Source: Candidatus Helarchaeota archaeon
Lineage (GTDB): Archaea; Asgardarchaeota; Lokiarchaeia; Helarchaeales; RDOG01
Assembly: GCA_019058315.1 (NCBI GenBank)
Contig: JAHPZH010000002.1
Location: 320,001 to 384,000, forward strand
Length of the DNA: 64,000 bases
Direction of reading: 5' to 3'
Below the pieces are notes generated by a model. The model did no database searches. It worked only from the letters and a program-made list of their open reading frames with translations, and was not told the origin of the DNA. Positions 9,892-18,678 of this stretch are shown here, one piece after another. Position 1 is the stretch's first letter, and every line of letters begins with the position of its first letter. Made by a program: the position numbers and the translations under genes.

Positions 9892-11723
9892 ATATCCTTT
9901 ATTACAAATTCTAAATTTAATTCTTTCAATAATTCCTTTGTTGGTCTCCCTGTTGCTTCATCCCATTTGCGATATTGGTAATATTCTTTTAGATGTCTCG
10001 GAAAATCTGGAACATTTCCTTCAGTTCCTCCTTCTAGAGGTGTTAGGAACATTTTAGGTAGATAATCATCTTCATTTGTGATTCCCATTTTATTATTAAA
10101 AGCACGTTTTAAATTGAAGCTGCGTTTACCAATTAATCTCAAAGTCTCAATTGGAAAATCAATACCTGTTCCATATTTGAGCAGTTTAGAAATATGTTCT
10201 CCTGTTGGATGGGCAAAGTTGCAGAATATTAATGAGCTATATATTGTACGGAAATCTTGTTCATTTGCTATAATTTCACCAATTTTATTATCATCAAATC
10301 TTTCATGGAATGGCACTCCAAATTCAGGTGCTGCATTTCCATAACAAACTTCATAATCATCTTGTGCCATATGGCAAGCACCGCGGGTCGCAGTGGCATA
10401 GCCTATACCCATTCCAAAAAATGCTCTTGGATCATGCATAGGAATTTCCAATCCTTTTATTACAGCCATTTCATCACGAGGAACTTTGAACTTTTCTCCA
10501 GCTCTCAATGTTCCCTCTGCCAATATATTTCCAAATCCTTTTCTTTTAGCAATTAAGTCTACTAATTGAACTATCATATCTGCATCTCCCCATTTAATCT
10601 CCAGACCTTCTGTTTCGACTTTTGTTATATATTCTTTTTCATACATATACATGGCAAATGCAATAGTTGAACCCCCTGTGATTGTATCTATTCCATGGAG
10701 ATTACATAATTCATTACTTTTTAATATTGATTCGAGATTATCATTTAAAGTAAGTGCTCCAAAGGTGCCTAGAGTCTCATATTCTGCACATTCATGAACA
10801 GGTGTTTTAAATTTGCCCTCTTTAACTTCAATAAGTTTCCTACAACGAATTGCACAGCTAAAACATGCATCATGTTTTATTACATATCTGTCATGTTGTT
10901 CGCTACCACTAATTTTTTGGGCTCCGTCCCATTCCCCTTGTGAATAATATTTTGACACTAAATCACCGAATGCATAACCTGTATCTAGATATCCAGCAGT
11001 TCCCAATTCTTTGAACATCTTAGAAGTAAATTTCTTCATTTGATGTTCATTAGCTTCATTACAAACTTTTAAAAATTCTAGAGAATCAGCCAATTCAACT
11101 TTTCCTCTTGCTTTAATAGCAATAGCCTTTAGATTTTTACTACCCATAACTGCCCCCATACCAGTTCTTCCAGCAGCTCGAATGTTATCATTCATTATAG
11201 CAGCAAATCTAACTTGATTGACTCCGCCAAGCCCAATAGAGGCGACTCTAAATCGATTATCCTCTAATTCTTTTCGGACTTGCTGAAGTGTCTGTTCTGT
11301 ATTTTTTTTCCAAATTTTTTTTGCAGGACGTAATTCTGTGTCAGGACCGGATATTACTAAATAAACAGGTTTTTCAGCTTTTCCAGTAAATAATATCCCG
11401 TCATATCCTGCGTGTTTAAGTTCTGCACCCCAAACTCCAGAAGATGTAGACTCACCCCAAATTCCCGTTAACGGTGATTTTGCACAAACGACATATCTTC
11501 CACTTGTAGGTGCTGGGGTACCCGTTAAGGGACCTACCATGAATAAGAGCGGATTTTCAGGACCTAAAGGATCAGTATCTTTGTTAATCATGTCATAAAG
11601 TAATCGAGAGGCATAACCAGACCCACCTAAATATTCTTTAGCCCATTCTAGATTTAATGAATCAGTTGAAATCTTTTGAGATGCTAAATCAACTTTAAGA
11701 ATCTGACCTTGATAACCAAACAA
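9879..11723 (-). CDS. aor: Tungsten-containing aldehyde:ferredoxin oxidoreductase
   Basis: KSPLTG, AAGRTGMGAVMGSKNLKA, CFSCAIRC, EYET, GIDTI, HDPR, RGACH. Confidence 0.95.
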   Translation of the reverse strand: MFGYQGQILKVDLASQKISTDSLNLEWAKEYLGGSGYASRLLYDMINKDTDPLGPENPLLFMVGPLTGTPAPTSGRYVVCAKSPLTGIWGESTSSGVWGAELKHAGYDGILFTGKAEKPVYLVISGPDTELRPAKKIWKKNTEQTLQQVRKELEDNRFRVASIGLGGVNQVRFAAIMNDNIRAAGRTGMGAVMGSKNLKAIAIKARGKVELADSLEFLKVCNEANEHQMKKFTSKMFKELGTAGYLDTGYAFGDLVSKYYSQGEWDGAQKISGSEQHDRYVIKHDACFSCAIRCRKLIEVKEGKFKTPVHECAEYETLGTFGALTLNDNLESILKSNELCNLHGIDTITGGSTIAFAMYMYEKEYITKVETEGLEIKWGDADMIVQLVDLIAKRKGFGNILAEGTLRAGEKFKVPRDEMAVIKGLEIPMHDPRAFFGMGIGYATATRGACHMAQDDYEVCYGNAAPEFGVPFHERFDDNKIGEIIANEQDFRTIYSSLIFCNFAHPTGEHISKLLKYGTGIDFPIETLRLIGKRSFNLKRAFNNKMGITNEDDYLPKMFLTPLEGGTEGNVPDFPRHLKEYYQYRKWDEATGRPTKELLKELNLEFVIKDIWGG

Positions 11724-12051
11724 ATTAATTCTTCCTTATTTCTTAATTTTCAATAATTTTTTCAATAATAACAAAAAAGATACCAAATTAATTAAGTTTT
11801 TTTTAATAAAGGTCTGTATTTTTAAGTTTATAAACCATCATTTAGGAATAATTTCCCTTGATGGAAATGTTAAATTCAATAATTGATAAAGATACAGGCA
11901 AAATTACATTTGATAGAATAGTCTACATTGGAATAGGAAATTATACTGAATTTCTTAAATAAAAAAAAGAAATTAATTTATTTTAATTATCAATAAATTA
12001 ACATAATAATTCGAGAAATGTTTTATTCCCTTTTATATTATTTTTTAGGAA

Positions 12052-12153
12052 TTATTTCTTATCTACTTTTATCTCTTTAGACTTTTTTATCACTGCTTGA
12101 TATATTTGTCTAGAGATTGTCGATTTATATCTTTTCGATCTTTCTACTTTCAT
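12052..12153 (-). CDS. Possible 33-aa basic microprotein (MKVERSKRYKSTISRQIYQAVIKKSKEIKVDKK)
   Basis: ATG preceded by GAAGGT; below the ORF-track size cut-off. Confidence 0.3.
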   Translation of the reverse strand: MKVERSKRYKSTISRQIYQAVIKKSKEIKVDKK

Positions 12154-12363
12154 TGTCTCTACCTTCAAAGATTATGATGATTTCTAAGCACAATCACTTC
12201 TGTAATTAGTCCTTTGGGAATCACTTTTTCTCTTTTGATATCATTTTATTTTTTAATAATAAAACGAGCATTGGACTTTTTAAAATCCAAAGAATGAATT
12301 CAATAAGAGAATGATAATTACTGTTTTTAAATGTTTCAAAGATATTTAAAAACTTTGAAAATA

Positions 12364-13044
12364 TTAAATTATTTTTCTCGCCAAATTATGAATTATTTTT
12401 TCCTTATCTTTTACACATAATATTAAATCTTTATCTTTTTTTTTGAATATTACACCTTCCATAAATTCAGGCCATTTAAAGTCTTCAGAGAATACATCAA
12501 ATAACACTGCTTTGAAAAGAATAATATTCAAATCGTGAGAAACATGTAAATCGATCTCTTTTGAATTATTTTGGTTACATTGAATTAACGAATTTATCAT
12601 ATCATTCCTTGCCCTTTTTGGAGGATGTAATATAGTCTTATCAAATCCTCCTCTAAACCACTTTTCAACAAATCCCGAAACTCCATGATCAGTAAAAAGA
12701 TCAAAAATTAAGTGACCTTTTAGGATATATGTGCCCCCTAAGAAATCCCTTTCACCAATCATTAATCCAGAACCATGACTATCTCGAATCCCTTGATATA
12801 TTAATTCTGCTGTATCCTTACATCTAGATATTGGACTATGAAATATACGGATTAATCTATCCTTTGGAAGTAGTTTTCCAAATTCATAAGCTAATTTTTC
12901 TCCTTCGGGTGTTAGCTGGGCATTTCGTAGTGAGTCTCTATTAATTATATTTTCACGAATAGAATGACGAAGGAGGACTGAAATTATATTACTCCTACTG
13001 TACTCATAAATTCTATCTGCGAATTCGTTTATATCCAATTTCAT
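12364..13044 (-). CDS. Histidine phosphatase (phosphoglycerate mutase-like) family protein
   Basis: LLRHS, LTPEG, SPISRCKDTA, VSHD. Confidence 0.85.
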   Translation of the reverse strand: MKLDINEFADRIYEYSRSNIISVLLRHSIRENIINRDSLRNAQLTPEGEKLAYEFGKLLPKDRLIRIFHSPISRCKDTAELIYQGIRDSHGSGLMIGERDFLGGTYILKGHLIFDLFTDHGVSGFVEKWFRGGFDKTILHPPKRARNDMINSLIQCNQNNSKEIDLHVSHDLNIILFKAVLFDVFSEDFKWPEFMEGVIFKKKDKDLILCVKDKEKIIHNLARKII

Positions 13045-13164
13045 TATTTTCAGATCTAAAATAAATTTATTAGACGATTATAAAAATCCAATATTAAATT
13101 TACCTAAAGTCTTGCAGAATACTCCCAATTAAGAACTGCTTACATTATAACAACTTTGTAAAAG

Positions 13165-13830
13165 CTAAGTATTTTCTAAAACTTCATATAATTTATTTAA
13201 TTTTTCTTTAAGATATTGATAATCTGCCAATTTTAATCCATTTTGATTAAGTAATTTCTCTATTCTCTTTATCTTATTAACAAGTTCATCGATCTTGGCT
13301 TTTCCAGGAAATAGGACTTCCCAAATCATAGAATTAAAAGTTTCCGTAACGTTATGTTTTGTTTTTGCTGAAGTTTCAATGTATGCATATTTAATTTTAT
13401 CTGCATATTCTTGCCCTTCTTTGGTTGATACCACTCTCTGGTCCACGAGATCTATTTTAGTCCCAACTAAAATCCCAGGAACAACCTTTTTGACCTGCTT
13501 TTTGATTTCATCGTGTAAATAAGCGAGGTCATCAAATGTTTTCCTTCTTGTAGTATCAAAAATTAGCATGACTCCACTCGTGCCCTTGAAATGGATCTTG
13601 TTATACCACCCGTTTATCCCTAAAAATGCTCTATAAACTATTTCCCAGAAAAAAAATCGAGCCTCATCATTTGTTCCTGGAATTTTAACCCTCTTATCAT
13701 ACATTTTTATCGCTAGTCGTGTAGGGGGAGGGTCAAAATTTCCGTAAATATATCTATTAAGGAGGTTACTCATTCCTACTTGAGGCTCTCCGACCAAAGT
13801 TATTTTATATATTAAGGTCTTTTCACTCAT
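13165..13830 (-). CDS. Rab/Ras-like small GTPase homologue with degenerate G1/G3 motifs
   Basis: YKITLVGEPQVGMS (G1), WEIVY at the G3 position, GTKID (G4), ETSAK (G5). Confidence 0.88.
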   Translation of the reverse strand: MSEKTLIYKITLVGEPQVGMSNLLNRYIYGNFDPPPTRLAIKMYDKRVKIPGTNDEARFFFWEIVYRAFLGINGWYNKIHFKGTSGVMLIFDTTRRKTFDDLAYLHDEIKKQVKKVVPGILVGTKIDLVDQRVVSTKEGQEYADKIKYAYIETSAKTKHNVTETFNSMIWEVLFPGKAKIDELVNKIKRIEKLLNQNGLKLADYQYLKEKLNKLYEVLENT

Positions 13831-13851
13831 CTTATTTTCCTTTACCTTTTT

Positions 13852-13938
13852 CTAAACAAATTTGAATTTCTCGTTTAAATTATCCAGTTCTTCATTTAAG
13901 TATTTATAATCCTTGAATAATCCCTTTAAATAATATTT
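13852..13938 (-). pseudogene. Possible relic 3' tail of a paralogous GTPase gene
   Basis: Reads DYKYLNEELDNL versus DYQYLKEKLNKL at the C-terminus of the adjacent Rab; no start codon. Confidence 0.3.
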
Positions 13939-14040
13939 TCATTTCATATTTCCTAATTTTTAATATAGAAAAGATGGAGTATAAATAGGACTGGTAGAAA
14001 ATAATAGACCTAGACTATAAATAGCGCATATTAAAAGATA

Positions 14041-16749
14041 TTAGAAGCTTTCGAACTGATATCTATCTATAATATCGTCTTGTACTGGTTTTCCTAGGTC
14101 AATGAAGTAAGCATTATAACCAGACACTCTTACAACTAAGTCTCGATGGTTTTCGGGATGCTTTTGTGCATCAATTAAATCTTCTTGATTTACAACATTA
14201 AATTGAACTTGTTGTCCACCAATCTTTAGATAAGTCAATAAAAGATCTGCAAATTTTTCTCTATCTTCTGGATTTTGTATTAATGAGGGTAATAATCTCA
14301 TATTCAAAGCTAAACCATTACTTATTTTAGTGGTATCAATCTTTGCTAAACTCTTGAATACTGCTGTCGGACCGTTTCTTTCTGTATTATTTGATGGAGA
14401 GAGTGAATTAGAAACTGGCACACCTGCGTTTCGACCATCTGGAGTAGCTCCCAAGAAGTAACCATCAACAATATACATACCATAGGAAAAGAATCCTGGC
14501 CGAAATATTCCAGAATTCCTTATACAAGGATGGCTCATTACTTCATCACAAAATATATTTACAATATCCTTAGCTATAGAATCTACATAATCATTGTCAT
14601 TTCCAAATTTAGGCAATTTATTTTTTAGTTTAATTTGGAATAGTTCTTCCCCTTTGAAATTACTGTTTATGATTTTAATGAATTCTTCCAAAGTGAGTTC
14701 TTTATCTTCAAATACTAATTTTTTTAATGCACAAAGAGAATTTGCCGCAGTTGCCAACCCTCGACCAGAAATTGAATCGAAATCATATTTTGCTCCTCCT
14801 TGGGTCATATCAAGTGCATTTTCTATACATCCGTCTAGGGTCATCGAAATGAATGGATTAGGATAATATTCAGCATATAATACGTTTTTAACATTTACAC
14901 ATTTGGCAATATGATTGATCATATGTTTTAATTGTCTTACATATGCATCCCATACTTCATCGTAGGATTTGAACTTATTTGGGTCACCAGTGTTTACACC
15001 ATATGGTTTTCCCATGAGTTTTATCATTCCATTAGTCAAAACCATCTCAAGTAAACCAACCAGTGAAATATCGTTTCCACTTGTACAACTAAATGTATTT
15101 CCTTGAGATGATGGTTCAACACATCCAATAATTCCATAATCTCTCGCATCTTCTAATAAAACTCCAGTTTTTTGGATAGCTGGTATTACAATGTCATCAT
15201 TATATACAGCAGGTCCACTAGTTTTGGAAAAAATTTCGATAGTCCTTTCAACCCATTTTTTAGGATTTTTTTCAGGTGCAATACGAATAGAAAAGGAATT
15301 TGTCATTGATTTAATATTTTGTATGGCATCCATAAATAAAAAAGACAATTCATTAACTGCATCATTTCCATCTTTATCTACACCACCAACAGTAATTGCC
15401 GCATTATCTGCACCCAGTTCAGAGGCTGTGTCCTTACCGTAGGTGGGTATCATTAAAAGATTGTAACTTAATTTAATTAGTAAATCTTCTAAAAGCTCAG
15501 TCACTTCATTAGGAGTAATTACGCCTTTTTCTATATCAGACTTAAAAAAGGGATAAAGATATTGATCCGCTCTACCAACTGCTAACACTCCAGCCAAACC
15601 ATGAGAAATTGTTGCGATAACGTGATTAAACCAAACTAATTGTATAGCTTCTCTAAAATTCCGAGGTTTATTGGCTGAAATCCAACTACAATTTTCTGAT
15701 ATTTGTTCAAGTTCAGCAGCTCTTTTTGGATTATCTTCTTTAATTGCTTTTTCTTTTGCTAATTTGGCAAATCGTTTTATAAATCTAATACTTGAATCGC
15801 AACTTATTATAGCAGCTTCTAAAAAAGCCTTGTTATCAATGGTAAAACCATTTTTGGAAAATCTATCTTGAAAATAATTGGTCGGATCTGAATATTTTTG
15901 AATGATATGATTGATATCTCTTGAACCTGATAAGTTTCCGTCATGAATTTCAATTGAATTAGATAATTCTTTATTAACTTCATTCAATTTCTCAGTTGCA
16001 AGTTTTTTTATACCCTCATAACCCCATTTTAAAATATTTTTATGCCCTAAAATTAAATGGCCTTGAACATCAAATACGTTATTAACAAAGTTTGGGTTAT
16101 TCGCCATCAACGCGTCAAACCCTCTAGAAATTACATTTTCTAGTGCTGAAAGAGTAGGCAATAAGGTTTCTTCGAGTTGTGAATAATCTTTATTTTGTTT
16201 CTCTAGGATTTCCTTAAGAGTTGGAGCTCCAGCTCCTCTAACTAATCTATCATAAAATTGTTCTATCCATTCATTTCCAAATTGCTTAAAACGCTTTTTC
16301 CAACTTTCTAAATCCCAATTACCCCTCCAAAATAAGCCATTTTCTTTCCAATATTTTACTTTCATTTCTCTAATTGTCTTACCTTTCCAATAAGGCAGAA
16401 TCTCTTTTTTTAATAACTTTTCATCGGATTTTTCTATCTTATAAGGCTGAAATTTTCGTTTTTTAAGTCTTTTTAGATCTGCCTTAATAACCATATTCAA
16501 ATCCCCTCTTTCAACGGGAATAAATGCCCCTACTAGTTTACTAGACCTATTTCCAACAATTTGTTCATGCTCTAATATATAAATTGTCATATTTTCTAGA
16601 GTTTTTTTAAGTGCTCTAGCAGCACGAATTGCAGGATGTTGGCCTTCTGTTTCCTTATAAGATTCTGTATAATATTTTGCCCTCTCAATACAAATCTCGT
16701 AAGGAGCCTCATAGATCATTTTTCGATAGGAATCCGTATGATCAGACAT
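14041..16749 (-). CDS. Glycyl radical enzyme, eliminase/PFL2-like class, substrate unknown
   Basis: ICIERA, GRADQY, GCVEP Cys loop, ATPDGR, C-terminal VRVSGY. Confidence 0.93.
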   Translation of the reverse strand: MSDHTDSYRKMIYEAPYEICIERAKYYTESYKETEGQHPAIRAARALKKTLENMTIYILEHEQIVGNRSSKLVGAFIPVERGDLNMVIKADLKRLKKRKFQPYKIEKSDEKLLKKEILPYWKGKTIREMKVKYWKENGLFWRGNWDLESWKKRFKQFGNEWIEQFYDRLVRGAGAPTLKEILEKQNKDYSQLEETLLPTLSALENVISRGFDALMANNPNFVNNVFDVQGHLILGHKNILKWGYEGIKKLATEKLNEVNKELSNSIEIHDGNLSGSRDINHIIQKYSDPTNYFQDRFSKNGFTIDNKAFLEAAIISCDSSIRFIKRFAKLAKEKAIKEDNPKRAAELEQISENCSWISANKPRNFREAIQLVWFNHVIATISHGLAGVLAVGRADQYLYPFFKSDIEKGVITPNEVTELLEDLLIKLSYNLLMIPTYGKDTASELGADNAAITVGGVDKDGNDAVNELSFLFMDAIQNIKSMTNSFSIRIAPEKNPKKWVERTIEIFSKTSGPAVYNDDIVIPAIQKTGVLLEDARDYGIIGCVEPSSQGNTFSCTSGNDISLVGLLEMVLTNGMIKLMGKPYGVNTGDPNKFKSYDEVWDAYVRQLKHMINHIAKCVNVKNVLYAEYYPNPFISMTLDGCIENALDMTQGGAKYDFDSISGRGLATAANSLCALKKLVFEDKELTLEEFIKIINSNFKGEELFQIKLKNKLPKFGNDNDYVDSIAKDIVNIFCDEVMSHPCIRNSGIFRPGFFSYGMYIVDGYFLGATPDGRNAGVPVSNSLSPSNNTERNGPTAVFKSLAKIDTTKISNGLALNMRLLPSLIQNPEDREKFADLLLTYLKIGGQQVQFNVVNQEDLIDAQKHPENHRDLVVRVSGYNAYFIDLGKPVQDDIIDRYQFESF

Positions 16750-16860
16750 TTAAGTTCCTCAAAAATATGTTTTATTTGTATAAAATAAAATAAAAGAAAT
16801 TAATTAATCTGACTTTTTAGTCATTTTTCTAATCAACATTAGATTTTCTTTTGAACAAAT

Positions 16861-17913
16861 TTAATCAATTGGATATTTACCGTATTTTTTTGGGGCGTTG
16901 ATTAATGCTTGAATATTCTCAACTGGGGTTCCTACCCCTATATCACAACCCGAACTTAAAATATACTTTCCATCTCTTGCAGCTTGCTCTATACAATGTT
17001 TTGCTTCAAGTTCTACTTCTTTAGGAGTTCCCCTCATCAATAATTGGGTGGGTACATTTCCTAATGTGATAATAAATTTCTTTCCAATCGCTTCCTTTAT
17101 TTTTTTAAGATCTACACGGTCACAGCTGAAGATAAATAATCTCGGTAATTTTACGATTTGGTCTACAATTTCTTCAGACTCACCACAGACGTGGAGTAAC
17201 CAGGCAGGAATATTGACTTTCCTTACGATTTTTTTTATATAAGGAACCACAAATTCTTTAAAATGTTCAGGTGAAATACAAGATACCGAAGCAGTTGGTT
17301 CAGTAATTCCGAATATATTAGGTAATCCTTGTTCTATCAATGCTTTATAATATTCAATAATTGTATCTGTACAAATATCAATGACCTTATGGACTAATTC
17401 TGGATTCCTTATTATATTTCTCATTAAATTCTCAGCTCCCATGACGGCTCCAGCAGCTGTAAAGGGTCCTTCTGAACCACCAAATGCAAAAATTTTTTCC
17501 TCATCAAATTTTTTAGAACAGATGTTTGCTGCTTCTAAATTAATAGGCATTCTTCCTTCTTTATAGGGATCTAAAACTTCCAGATTTTCCAATTTTTCAA
17601 TATCAGTAATACCTTTCTCAAGCATTGGAACGGAATCTATTGGATAACTTAATTCAGTTCCATATGCTTCACCAATTACATTCAAATCTAGACAGCTTAT
17701 CAAAAATTTTATCCCTAACTTTTTAGCTATGAATAATTGTGCTTGGGCTATCTTTTTACCATCTCGCATAATTTCAGGAGCTTTTATTCCACTCTTTTTG
17801 TAAAATTCATTCACAGAATAACCCAAAACTATTGGAACACTAGGCACATAAGCTCCTTCTTTTGCTAGCAATCCATCTGCAAGATCTTGTGAAAGCTGGA
17901 GGATTTCCATCAT
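16861..17913 (-). CDS. MtaA/CmuA-like methylcobamide:CoM methyltransferase (URO-D family)
   Basis: GPFTAA, EPTAS, Zn ligands HVCG and SSGC, GNVP. Confidence 0.88.
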   Translation of the reverse strand: MMEILQLSQDLADGLLAKEGAYVPSVPIVLGYSVNEFYKKSGIKAPEIMRDGKKIAQAQLFIAKKLGIKFLISCLDLNVIGEAYGTELSYPIDSVPMLEKGITDIEKLENLEVLDPYKEGRMPINLEAANICSKKFDEEKIFAFGGSEGPFTAAGAVMGAENLMRNIIRNPELVHKVIDICTDTIIEYYKALIEQGLPNIFGITEPTASVSCISPEHFKEFVVPYIKKIVRKVNIPAWLLHVCGESEEIVDQIVKLPRLFIFSCDRVDLKKIKEAIGKKFIITLGNVPTQLLMRGTPKEVELEAKHCIEQAARDGKYILSSGCDIGVGTPVENIQALINAPKKYGKYPID

Positions 17914-18551
17914 TTCGTTTTTACCTCCAAAATATGACGATTGAGAGTTTCAACTGCTGCATTTGCATCAGCTGCATACCAATCTGCTCCTATTTGAGCA
18001 GCAAATTTGTCATCAGGAGCAGCACCCCCTAATATAATTTTTACTTGGTCACGTAGCCCCTCTTTTTTGATCAATTTTACAAGATCACTCATACTATTTA
18101 ACGTTGAAGTCATCATAGTTGAAAGGGCAACTATATCTGCATTGTTATTTTTAATGCTTTCTATAAATTTTTCAGCTGGAACATTTCTTCCCAAATCAAT
18201 TACTTTAAAACCTGCTGCTTCTATAAAGCATTTCACGATATTTTTTCCTATATCATGAACATCGCCTCTAATAACACCTATAACGACCGTTGCTTTAGTT
18301 TCCATGCCTTTTAAATGTGGTTGGAGTACTTGGAATGCCGAATAGAACGCATCACTGCTTACTACAATTTCAGGTAGGAAATATTCTTTTTTTTCGTATT
18401 TTTCACTGACTTTTTTCATCCCTAGATTCAGACCATTTATAATAGCATCTTTAATGTCTATTTTTTGTTCTATAACCTTTTGTGCTAATTGAACGGCTTT
18501 CTCATCATCGCCTTCAATTACTGCTTCAGCTAATTCATCAATTATTGTCAT
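17910..18551 (-). CDS. Methyltransferase cognate corrinoid protein
   Basis: Cap domain (YFLPE), GDVHDIGKNIV, ALSTMM, GGA. Confidence 0.95.
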   Translation of the reverse strand: MTIIDELAEAVIEGDDEKAVQLAQKVIEQKIDIKDAIINGLNLGMKKVSEKYEKKEYFLPEIVVSSDAFYSAFQVLQPHLKGMETKATVVIGVIRGDVHDIGKNIVKCFIEAAGFKVIDLGRNVPAEKFIESIKNNNADIVALSTMMTSTLNSMSDLVKLIKKEGLRDQVKIILGGAAPDDKFAAQIGADWYAADANAAVETLNRHILEVKTK

Positions 18552-18678
18552 TTGAACTACTCAAAATTATTCATTTCAATAATAAACCTTGACTAAAAAA
18601 TTACATAATTTTGTTAAATTAAGTTTATTTACGTCATGAACCTAATATAAAAAAACTAATTATATTGGACGTGATTTA

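Noticed and set aside
11861-11962. 33-codon plus-strand ORF (MEMLNSIIDKDTGKITFDRIVYIGIGNYTEFLK)
   Set aside because: No convincing RBS or motif; cannot be told from a chance ORF or small relic
14041-16749. GRE as alkylsuccinate synthase (a second alkane-activation route) or as true pyruvate formate-lyase
   Set aside because: GCVEP has the Glu typical of eliminases, lacks the PFL Cys-Cys pair, and no small Ass/Bss subunits are adjacent
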